From Hemiscyllium ocellatum (taxonomy: Eukaryota), in contig NW_026867677.1 in the NCBI RefSeq assembly GCF_020745735.1, positions 1-64,000 on the forward strand: a DNA stretch of 64,000 nt, read 5' to 3'. Position numbers and translations under genes: made by a program. Below, one piece after another: positions 1 to 9,869 of this stretch (positions are counted from its first letter, which is position 1; each line of letters opens with the position of its first letter). Below the pieces are notes generated by a model. The model was not told where the DNA came from, did no database searches, and worked only from the letters and a program-made list of their open reading frames with translations.

Positions 1-569
1 AACAGGCCAGACTAGATTACTGATGAGGAATAATTCAGCAAATCAATGGCAAGGGAACAGTGAACCAAAAGTGATGGGATTGAACAGTATATTCAATAGC
101 ACAACCATGAGAGGGGGAGGGATCAAGGGCAGGAGGTCAGAGAGCATGCTGTAGGGTCTGAAGGCTCTGCTGTCAATGGTGGGATTGAGCAAGCAGCAAT
201 GGACAGGAGCCCAGAACAGAAGATGGAAGGGGGAGGGAGGGAATGTGAGTCTGGCAGCAGACACAGACAGAGGGAGGAGGGAGCTATGGAGGCAATTGGC
301 TGGCAGTGAGGTCAGGGGTCATTCTGGAATGACAGATGGATGAGACAGGGAAGGGCCCACTCCATATCAGACAAGTTGGAGTTTATGGAATATGGCTTTA
401 GGAAGCTGGGAGAGGACATTGGAATCATAGAGTTAGGGGGCAGGACGAGCAGGAATTAGGGTTTCTGTGGTCAAGGGGCTGAAGTAGTGCAGAGACAATG
501 TTGTTGAGATTGAAATAAGAGGCATACGTGATGGAGAGGATGTGGGGTTTGCAGCGCAGGTGCTGGACA

Positions 570-710
570 GTCCTGAGGGAAGGAGGGCCATGTTTACTGG
601 TCTCTTCTGGAGCATCCAGTGGGAAGGAGGTCCCTGTTTATTGGTGTCTATTGGAGGTTCCAGTGGAAAGAGGTCCATGTTTACTGGTTCTACGGGAAAG
701 TGACCCATGT
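570..710. repeat. 44-bp minisatellite, left part (about 3 units)
   Basis: CATGTTTACTGGT-type core recurs at 589, 633 and 676. Confidence 0.85.
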
Positions 711-719
711 ATACATCAT

Positions 720-1950
720 CAAAGAGTCATAGAGGTTTACAGCATGGGACCAGGCCCTTCAGCTCAACTCATCCATGCCGACCAAGTATCCAAAACTGAA
801 CTAGTCCCATTTGCATGTGTTTGGCCCAATTCTCTCTAAATCCTTCCTATCCATGTTCCTGTAAAAATGTCCTTGAAATGTAGTAATTGTACTCACCTTT
901 ACGAATTCTTATGGCAGCTCATTACACATACACACTAACCTCTGTGTGAAAATGTTGCCTCTCAGTTTCCTACTAAATCTTTCCCCTCTCAACTTAAGCC
1001 TACTCCTTCTAGTACTGGACTCTCCTACCCTGGGGAAAAGACTTTGACTATTCACCTTATCTATGACCCTCATGATTCTACAACCTCTATAAGGTCACCC
1101 CTCAATCTCCTGCATTCCTTGGAAAAACATCTTGGCCTATTCATCCTCATCTTGTAATTCAAATCCTCCAATCTTGATAACATCCCTGTTAATCTTTCTT
1201 TTATTCAAACCACTGTCATAACTTCCTTCCTATACCAGGATGAGCAGAAATGTACTGTGTCCAAATGTGGCCTTCCCAATGCCTTGTACAGCTGTAACAT
1301 GATGTCCCAGCTCCTGTACTCCCTGCTTTGACCAGTGAAGGTGAGCGTGCCAAATACGTTCTTCACCATCCTGTCTACCTGTGACACCACTTCCAAGGAA
1401 CTATGTACCTGTACCCCTCAGTCTCTCTGTTCAACAACACTCCCCATTGCTCTACCATTAATTGTGTAATTCCTGCCCTGGTTTGTGTTACCAAAATGCA
1501 ACTCCTTCCATTTATCGAAAATTCCATCTGGATTTGTTGACCCACTGGCCCAGTTGATCAATATGACATTGCACTCTTGCATAACCTTCTTCCCTGTCCA
1601 CTATGCCAACAATTTTAACGTCAGCCACAAACTTACTGACCATTCCTTCTATTTTCTCATCCAAATTGTTCACATAAATGATAACAACAGTGGATCCAGG
1701 ATCGATTCTTGTGACAGACAGTTGGTCACTGGCCTCCAGTCTGAAGAACAACCCTCTCTCACCAGCCTCTGCCTCCTATCATCAGGCCAATTTTATGTCC
1801 AATTGGTGAGCTGTCCCTGGATCCTGTGTGATATAATCTTACTGAGCAGTCTACCATAGGAACCTTGTATTAACTCCATGTAGACAGAGTGTACTACTCT
1901 ATCTTTACCTATCTTCTTGCTTACTTCTTCAAAAATTAAACCATCTGCTC
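720..1950 (-). mobile_element. CR1/HER1-like LINE 3' fragment
   Basis: Minus-strand CR1 ORF2 remnants (VDRMVKNVFGTLTF...MLQLYKALGRPHL; KFVADVKIVGIVDREEGY), with the 3' tail near 720-790. Confidence 0.85.
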
Positions 1951-1959
1951 ATCTCCATT

Positions 1960-2235
1960 GGAAGTTCCAATGATTAGGAGGCCCATATTAACTGATCTGG
2001 CTTGGAGGATCCAGTCAGAAAGAAATCCATGTTTACTGGTCTGTGTTGGAGGTTCCAGCAGGAAGGAGGTCCATGTTTACTGGTCTTTATTAGATGATCC
2101 AGTCCGAAAGAGGTACATGTTTACTGGTCTCCTTTGGAGAGTCCAGTCAGAAGGAGACCAATGTTTACTGGTCTCTAGTGGAGGCTCTTGCAGGAAGGAG
2201 GCCATGTTTACTGGACTCTGTAGGAGACTCCAGTG
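1960..2235. repeat. 44-bp minisatellite, right part (about 6 units)
   Basis: Core recurs at 1984, 2028, 2072, 2116, 2160 and 2203. Confidence 0.88.
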
Positions 2236-2689
2236 CATCATGGACTCCAAGGTGAGTGTGGGGTTCGGTTCCTTTCTGTTGTAACTGTGTAATGGTTCAA
2301 CCCGCATCCCAGTAAATTACCCCTGACTCAGAGACTGATCATGGAAAGGGAAAGAGAGGGTAGGAGAGGGGAAGGGATTGGAAAATGTTGTGAATGGACA
2401 GGCTGGATCAGTGGGTCAGAGCCTGTGCTGTCCCCCCAGCTCACACTGATGGCCTGAGGATCTCCTCTCTCTGCTGGGCCTTCATGGAATGAGCTTTGTG
2501 TCCAAACCAGTCCCCAGTGAGAACAGGCCAAAAGCACAGAACTGCCCTTCCTTTGACAAGAATCTAGCCATCTTTCTGAGAGAGGCCAAATCCAGGTCAA
2601 TGCGGAAAATGGGGCCTTACTCCAGGAGAAAACATGCTTCTGGGGTCAAGGGTTAACATCCATGAGTGGGGCAGAGAGAGGGAGATTCA

Positions 2690-2769
2690 TCCTGAATTCA
2701 ACTGCCACAACCTGGGACACTGTGAGAGAAGAGAGAGAAGTGAGTCAGAGACAAAGGGTGAGTGTCTGT

Positions 2770-2822
<53 letters not shown>

Positions 2823-3140
2823 AGGAGAGACATGAGTATGATTAGAAACAGAATGACAGAGAGGGAGGGAGAGAGACAGACAGAGGGAAGTATAGAGAGG
2901 AGAGATAACAGAGGATTTAAATTGAAGCGAGAGAGGGAAGGAGTTATGGAGACAGTGAGAGATGGAAAAATAAAGATTAAAAGATGGAGTGAGAAAAGCA
3001 TGAGTGAATTGGAGAAAGTGGCTATGAGACAGAGTGAGAGAGAGAGAGAGAACATGAAAAGATTATAACAGAGGAGAAAACAAAAAGAAAAGAGGGGATA
3101 GAGAGAAAGAAGTGGCAGATGTGAGACAGAGAGAGAGAGG
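2690..3140. repeat. Purine-rich GA low-complexity tract with (GT)n(AG)n microsatellite at 2772-2820
   Basis: Visible dinucleotide runs and strong GA skew. Confidence 0.9.
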
Positions 3141-4000
3141 TGGATAGGTCCTGGTCACCACATTCTGAGAAGGATGTGATTGTACTTGAGAGGGTGCAGA
3201 GATTTACCAAGATGCTGCCTGGGATGGAGGGTCAGCTGTGGGGAAATCTTGGAAAGGTTGGGATTGTTTCCTTGGAGCAGTGAAGGCTGAGAGGGGACAT
3301 GATAGAGGGGGATAAGATTATTTGGGGCAGTGATAGCGTGGGTAAGAAGGCACTTTATATATCAGTAAAGGACTCAATAACCTGTGTCCCAGGTAACACA
3401 GACATGGACACATAGAAACTCGGAACTGGACGGACCTTTTGGCCCTTTGAGTCTGCTCTGTCATTCATTATGATCATGGCTGATCCTCCATCTCAAAACC
3501 ATATTCCTGCTTTCTCACCATTCCCTTCATGCTGTTAAAATGCAAAACAATTATCTTTCTTTTTCTTGAATTTATTCAGTTCCTTGGGTTCCACAGTTGT
3601 CCTACCCTTTGAGTGAAGAAATATTTCCTCATCTCAGTCCAAAATGGTCTACCCTGTATCCCCCTGAGACTGGGTCCCCTGATTCCAGACTTCCCAACCA
3701 GGAGAAACCTCCTCCCTGCCCAGCCCTGTTAGAATTTTATACATTTCAATCAGATCTCCCTCTCATCCTTCTAAAATTGAGTGAGTCCAGGCCAGTCAAA
3801 TTGGAGTGAGAGGAGAATTGAGAAGAAATGTTTTCACCCAGAGGGTGGTGGGAGTCTGGAACTCACTGCCTGAAAGGCTCGTTGAGTAACAAACTCTCGT
3901 GACATTGGAGCAGTATTTAGATATTCCCTTGTGTTGCTGTAACCTCCAGGGTAACGGGCCAAGAGCTGGAGGATGGGATTAGTGTCATCAGATCGCTGTT
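3140..4000. mobile_element. CR1 LINE 3' fragments in both orientations
   Basis: GGTCACCACATTCTGAGAAGGATGTGATTGTACTTGAGAGGGTGCAGAGATTTACC-type CR1 3' sequence on + (3145-3380 and 3800-4000) and a reverse fragment at 3400-3810. Confidence 0.75.
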
Positions 4001-4044
4001 TACTCACATTGGCGTCATTCAATGTTGTTCACATCAATGATTCT

Positions 4045-4046
<2 letters not shown>

Positions 4047-4082
<36 letters not shown>
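4047..4082. repeat. (GA)n microsatellite abutting the V promoter
   Basis: Pure GA run. Confidence 0.95.
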
Positions 4083-4087
<5 letters not shown>

Positions 4088-4181
4088 AAGTGTGAGGGGC
4101 TGACGTGGCTCTCTCTGCCTGATGCCATTTACATACTAGAGGAACACCCAGTCAGGCTCTCTCAGGCTGCAGCTTTATAAA
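4082..4181 (+). promoter_or_regulatory. Ig V-kappa promoter: PU.1/ETS site, CRE-like site, variant octamer, TATA box
   Basis: AAGAGGAAGTG at 4082-4092, TGACGT at 4101-4106, ATTTACAT at 4127-4134 (one mismatch to the Ig octamer ATTTGCAT) and TTTATAAA at 4174-4181, all within 160 bp upstream of the leader ATG at 4242. Confidence 0.75.
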
Positions 4182-4241
4182 GCAGAGCCCAGTGAAGGGA
4201 GAGTTTATCAGGAACCAGGCACAGGGACAGGAGCACACACC

Positions 4242-4290
4242 ATGATTTCACACATCCAGCTGATCTGGCCCCTGACATTCTGTGTCGCAG
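4242..4290 (+). pseudogene. IGKV: Ig kappa leader exon (MISHIQLIWPLTFCVA-G) of a pseudo V segment
   Basis: ATG at 4242, hydrophobic 16-codon signal peptide, phase-1 GT donor at 4291; splices in frame to the AG acceptor at 4475-4476. Confidence 0.92.
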
Positions 4291-4476
4291 GTACAAATCT
4301 CTCTCCTTCCACCTTGAATCTTTAGCTGCTCTCCATTTCACTCCAATTCCACTGACTTGTGATTGAAGGGAAAATGCTGAAACCAGAGGAATGCTCAGAG
4401 TCTCCAAAAATCTCTCATTTGACCGGCTCTTTCTGTGACAGTTCTGACTTCACTGTGTTTCTCTCTGACCCCTCAG

Positions 4477-4774
4477 GTATCAGTGGGGACATCATCATGA
4501 CCCAGCCTCCCCCGGTGCTGTCAGTGGGACTGGGCCAGACTGCAACCACCACCTGTATGACCAGTCAAAGCATTAGCAGCAACCTTGCTTGGTACCAGCA
4601 GCGAGAAGGTCAGAAACCCTCTCTCCTGATCTATGATGCAGCAACTCGATTCACAGGAGTCTCGGATCGATTCACCGGCAGTGGATCAGGGACCAGTTTC
4701 ACACCCTGACAATCAGCAACGTTCAGAATGAAGATGTCGCTGAATATTACTGTCAGCAGTATAGTAGCAGCCTT
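4477..4774 (+). pseudogene. IGKV: Ig kappa (type III/NS4-like) V exon, frameshifted in FR3
   Basis: Reads [76 protein letters not shown] 2-nt AC duplication near 4701-4704 then gives TGA at 4707-4709. The shifted frame continues [23 protein letters not shown]. The conserved Cys, WYQQ and YYC motifs are present. Confidence 0.95.
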
Positions 4775-4802
4775 TACAGTGATACAGAGCCATACAAAAA
4801 TC
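4775..4802 (+). other. V 12-RSS with mutated heptamer
   Basis: TACAGTG (4775-4781; consensus CACAGTG) + 12-nt spacer ATACAGAGCCAT + ACAAAAATC (4794-4802; consensus ACAAAAACC). A 12-spacer on V is kappa-type. Confidence 0.92.
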
Positions 4803-5245
4803 TCAACACGCACAACACCACCTTCTGTACTGACACATCCAACAGTTATATGAAATGTATAATAATGGACAGACAGTTCCACCTCCTGCACTGACACATC
4901 CACAGTTATATATAAAGTAAATTGAGCAAATTACCCCATGCTGGGATTGTCACTGTCCACTCCACACTCCCGTCTATGTTGTGTCCACCGCTCACGGAAG
5001 GCCTCAAGTTTCCCTCTTACACTCCATGGCCGCATGTGAAGAACAGCTGCAAGATTTAACAATGAAAACTAAATTTCACAAACCCCCGAGAGTAGCTGGA
5101 CACAACCCAGGGAGACAGAGAGAGAAAGACACATGAATGAAGGAGAGACAGAGAGGGGTAGGGAGTGAATGAGATTGACCAAGAATAGACAGAGACAGAG
5201 AGAGACAGGGAGAGGTTGAGAGTGACGGAGGAAACAGAGAGCAGA

Positions 5246-5284
5246 GGTTTTTGTACAGCCTCTGCACTGGGAGCTCTCACATAT
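5246..5284 (-). other. J 23-RSS with broken heptamer
   Basis: Perfect nonamer GGTTTTTGT (5246-5254), exactly 23 nt of spacer (5255-5277), then CACATAT where CACTGTG is expected. Confidence 0.88.
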
Positions 5285-5311
5285 TCGGTAAAGGAACCAA
5301 ACTCAGACTGA
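5281..5311 (+). pseudogene. IGKJ: Ig kappa J segment (I-F-G-K-G-T-K-L-R-L)
   Basis: TTC GGT AAA GGA ACC AAA CTC AGA CTG A gives the FGXG motif. The phase-1 junction needed for the C exon (A|GC CGT) falls before GCAAGT at 5312, a GC rather than GT donor. Confidence 0.92.
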
Positions 5312-5684
5312 GCAAGTAAACCTCAATTGTCCGTTATTAACACTGTCAATACTGAAATACACTTTCTAAAACACAAATGCTGAATTGTTGAAGGTGTTAG
5401 TGGGGAGCTGCAGTGAATGAAATGGTTGATTGAGGAGCACTGTGGCGAACAGGGTGTCCAGCTGTACTTCTTTAGTTCCATTGCCCCGCTTAAGCAGCAA
5501 GACAGAAGTCAGTAAGTTTTACTCACTGTGTGGAGGAGCTCTGTCCATTTTCAGCCTGTGGTCCATTCCTGCAGCATGGAGTGAAATCAGTGAGTAGCCT
5601 CCTGCCAGTCTCAGTGTGACAGACTCAGGGCAGAGTTTGATGTGAGCTCTGGCTCCTTGTCCCAGTCTCTGATCTCACTGACCT

Positions 5685-5716
<32 letters not shown>
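5685..5716. repeat. (CAG)n microsatellite in the J-C intron
   Basis: CAGCAGCAGCAGCAGCAACAGCAGCAGCAGCA. Confidence 0.9.
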
Positions 5717-5779
5717 CAGTGAGACACTGAGCTCCCACCTCCCCCAGCTTTAACTCTGCTCAATCACACAATCACAGAA

Positions 5780-8700
5780 TTGTTACAGTGCACAAGGTGT
5801 CCATTCTGTCTTGACCGGCTCTCTGAATGAGCAATTCTCGGAGTGTCATTCTCCTGCCTTCTCCCTGTCACCCTGCACATTGCTCCTTTTCAAATAACAG
5901 TCAAATTCCCTTCGGAATGTTTTAATTGAAGCTGCCTCCACCACTCTCAGGCAGTGCACTCCACACCTTAACCACTCACTGGCCAAAAATGTTGTTCCCC
6001 ATCTCACCTTTGTTCCTTTTCCCAATTGCTTTCAATCTGTGGTCTCTTGGTCTGAATCCTTTCTCACTTGAGAACATTTTCTCCCTATTTACTCTCTCCA
6101 GGCCCTTCCTGATTTTGAATTCCTCGAACAAATCTCCTCTCAGCCTTCTCCAAAGAAGACAGTCCCAAATTCTCCGATCAAACTTCATAACTGATGTTCC
6201 TCATCCCTGGAATGATCTTTGGGAACAATTTTTGCCATCGCTACAAAACATTTGCCTCCTTCCAGAATTCTTCACATTATCTATGTCCCTCATGATTTTC
6301 CAAACCTCTACAAGGTCACTCCTCAGAACCTTCCGCTTCAGGGTAAGAAGTCTCAGCTTTTCCAGCCGCTCATAGTCATGGAGTCATACAGCGTGGAAAC
6401 AGACATTTCAGTCCAACTTGTCCATGCTAACCAAATATCCTAAACTGACCTCATCCCATTTGCCAGCATTTGGCTTACATCTCTCGAAACCCAACCTATC
6501 CATGTACCCATACCAATGTGTTTTAAGTGCTGTAACTGTATCTGCCTCCAACGTTTTCTCTGGCAGCTCAATCCAGACACGCACCACCCTCTGTGTGACA
6601 AGTTACCCCTGGTCCCTTTTGAATCTTTTGCCTCTCACCTTAAACTTATGTCCTCTTGTTTTGGAATCCCTTTCCCATGGAAAAGACCTTGGATATACAC
6701 CCAGTCCATGCCCCTCATGGTTTTATAAACACCTATAACGTCACCCCGAGGCCTTAGATGCTGCAGGGAATATAGCCCCAGTTTCTTCAGCCTTTCCTGT
6801 CGCTCAAACCCTCCAAATCCTGGCCACATCCTTGTAAATATTTTCTGCAGCTTTTTAAGTTTAACAACATCCTTCCTATCTCAGGATGATCAGGATTGTT
6901 CACATTATTCCCAAAGTGGCCTCGCCAATCTCCTGCACTGCTGCAACATGATGTTCCAACTCCAGTACTCAATGCAGTGATGAACAAAAGCAAGCAAACC
7001 AAACACCTTTTTCATCACCCTGTCTACCTGTGACCCCACTTTCAAGGAATAAGGTACCTGCATCTTCACCCCTAGGTCTGTTATTCAGTAACAATCCACA
7101 GGGCCCTCCCATTAACTGTATAACTCCTGCCCTGGTTTGCCTTTCCAAAATGCAACATCTCATATTTATCTAAACTGAACTCCATTTGCCACTCTTCTGC
7201 CCATTGTCCCATCTGATCAAGGTCCCGCTGTACCCTGAGATAATCTTCTTCACAATCCACTGTCCCACTAATTTTGGTGTCATTTACAAACTTACCGTAA
7301 CTCCTACATTCACATCCAAATCATTTCTTTAAATGATGTAAAGCATTTGTGGACTCAGCACCAATCCTTGTGGCACACAGCTATTCACAGATCTCCAGTC
7401 TGAAAAGCAACCTTTTAACCACACTCCTGTCTCCTATCTTCAAGCCAATTTTTTTGACTCCAATGGCTCGCCCCCCTGGACCCCATGTGGTCTAACCTCA
7501 CTAACCAGTCTATCATGTGGAACCTTGTCAAACACTTTACTCTGAAGCCCATATTGACAATGTCTACTGTTCTGTCTTCATCAATCCTTTTTGTCACCTC
7601 CTGAATCAAATTCATGAGACGTGATTTCCTATGCACAAAGCCACACTGATTATCCAAACGGTGTAAATCCTGTCCCACAGAATCCACTCCAACATCTTAC
7701 CCAGCACTGACATCAGGCTCACTGGTCTATAGTTCCCTCACTTTTCCTTACAGCCATTCTGAAATAATGGCATAATCTTAGCCAACCTCTCTGTTTCTCC
7801 AGTACCTTATCCATGGTTGCCGATGATACTTATATCTCAGCAAGGGTCCCAAAAATCTCTTCCCCAGTTTGCCACAATGATCAGGTCCTCGAGTTTATCT
7901 ACCTCTATGTGTTTTAAGATCTTTAGCGTCTCCTCATTTATATGTGTTCTCTTTTCAAGACATCACTATTTTGCCAAATTCCTTAAATTTCCCCACAATA
8001 TATACTGACCTAAAATATTTGTTCAGGATCTCACCCATCTCTTGTGTCTTACCAAAATACAGCACTCACCTTTATCTGAATTAAACTCCATCTGCCATTC
8101 CTCAGTCCACTGGCCCAGTTGGTCAAGATTCCATTGTATTCTTAGACAACCTTCTTCACTGCCAATGATTAGATTAGATTCTCCACAGCTTGGAAACAGG
8201 CCCTTCGGCCCTACAAGTTCATACTGATCCTCCGAAGAGTAACCCACCCAGACCCACTTCCCTCTCAGTAATGCATAGAACACTATGGACAATTTAGCCT
8301 GGCCAATTCACCTGACCTGCACATCTTTGGACTGTGGGAGGAACCAGAGCACCCGGAGGAAAAACACGCAGACACAGGGAGAATGTGCAAACTCCACACA
8401 GACAGTCACCCAGACTGGAATCGAACCTGGGACCCTGGTACTATGAAGCTGCAGTGCTAACCACTGAGCCACATGCTGACCCGACCCCCCTCCTCCCCCC
8501 CACACCCACAAACCCGAGCCACCGCTAAGCCACCAATGCCACCAGAAAATTCACCAAAACACACTCTTGCCACTCTGGTCACTATATTCAGAAATTAAAG
8601 ACACCCCCCCCCCCGCCCATTTATAACGGCTCTATCATATTTGCAGATCTCTGTAAATTCCTAGCATTTGTTATCCTCCACATTCTTCCCATTGGGTGGT

Positions 8701-9800
8701 GAGTTATTGTCTGTTCTGAGGATTCTGTGGTCCTTGGTGTTCCTCTCTGATATTAGCCCCTGGCTCCCACAGCCCTGCCAAGTTAGTTTAAACCCTCTCT
8801 ACCAGTAGTAAACCACCTCACAAAAATCTAAAGCCCTCCCTCATGGATCCTCTTTCCAACCCAGCAATCACCTGTGTTCACCTCCTGATTCTATTCTCAC
8901 TTGTGTGGGGTGCTGCAAATGTGTTGCTGGAAAAGCGCAGCAGGTCAGGCAGCATCCAAGGAGCAGGAGAGTCGACTTTTCGGGTCTGAGCCCTTCTTCA
9001 CTTGCGTGGGGCACTGGGAGTAATCTGGAGATTCCTACTTTTGAGTTCCTTCTACTAATTAGCAGCAGGAACTTAAAAGTAGGAAGCTCCAGATTACTTA
9101 AAAGTAGGAAGCTCCAAAACTTCTGACTGCAGGACCACATCCCTTTTCTCCCTCTGTCACTGGGACTGATGTGGACCACGACTGCTGCCTGTTCCCCCTC
9201 TCCCCTCAGGGTGCTCTGCAGCCGCTCAGTGATATCCTTGACCCTGGCACCAGGGAGACAACACACCATCCTGGATTCCCATCTGCAGCTGCAGAAACAC
9301 CTATCGACTGCCTTCAATCTCGAATCTCCTCTCACTATCACTCTTCCAGTCTTCCTTGTGCCCCCCTGTACAGCTGAGCCCCCCGTGGTGCCATGGACCT
9401 GGCTCTGGCTGCACTCCCCAGATGAACCATCATTCTCATCAGGATTCTGAACTGAATCCTGGTTGGAGAGTAGGATGTCTGGGGACTCCTATACTAGCTG
9501 CCTGGTCCTTTTGGACTGTCTGCTGCTCCCCCATTCCCTCTCTCCCTGCATACTCTGAAACTGCAGAGTGACCACATCTAGAAACGTGCTCTCCACGGAG
9601 CTCTCAGCCTCACGGATGCTCCGCACTGACACCAGCTGCTGCTCAAGCTCCGAAACCCGGAGCTCCAACTGCTGTCACTGACCTCACTTCCTGTACTCAT
9701 GGTATTCCAGGAGCTGGAAACATTCTGAAGTTCCCACATGGATGCACGCTCTCTCCACTCTTGGATTATCTCTTTGCAAAGTTGCGATGACAAACAGCTA
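5780..9800 (-). mobile_element. Nested degenerate CR1 LINEs including ORF1 (esterase and zipper/zinc-finger part) and ORF2 pieces
   Basis: 9020-9340 (-) translates IVRGDSRLKAVDRCFCSCRWESRMVCCLPGARVKDITERLQSTLRGEGEQAAVVVHI, the SGNH-esterase of CR1 ORF1. 9580-9790 resembles the ORF1 N-terminal part and 6400-8150 holds ORF2/RT remnants. Confidence 0.85.
8167..8478 (-). mobile_element. HE1-like tRNA-derived SINE
   Basis: Reverse of GGTGGCTCAGTGGTTAGCACTGC...GTGGAGTTTGCACATTCTCCC...GGGCCTGTTTCC with an (AATCT)n tail. Confidence 0.88.
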
Positions 9801-9869
9801 CATCAGGGCTCAGAGTCCAGTGTTCAGGGGGTTCAGTGTTCCAGGGTTTTGGAGAAACTCTCCAGAAGA

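Noticed and set aside
2832-3068. 78-aa R/E-rich ORF and the overlapping S/L-rich reverse ORFs
   Set aside because: Artefacts of the GA low-complexity tract; no splice or domain support.
5438-5721. Extra heptamers CACTGTG (5438, 5524) and CACAGTG (5715) near J
   Set aside because: No nonamer at 12 or 23 nt spacing and no FGXG segment follows, so they are not additional J segments or RSSs.
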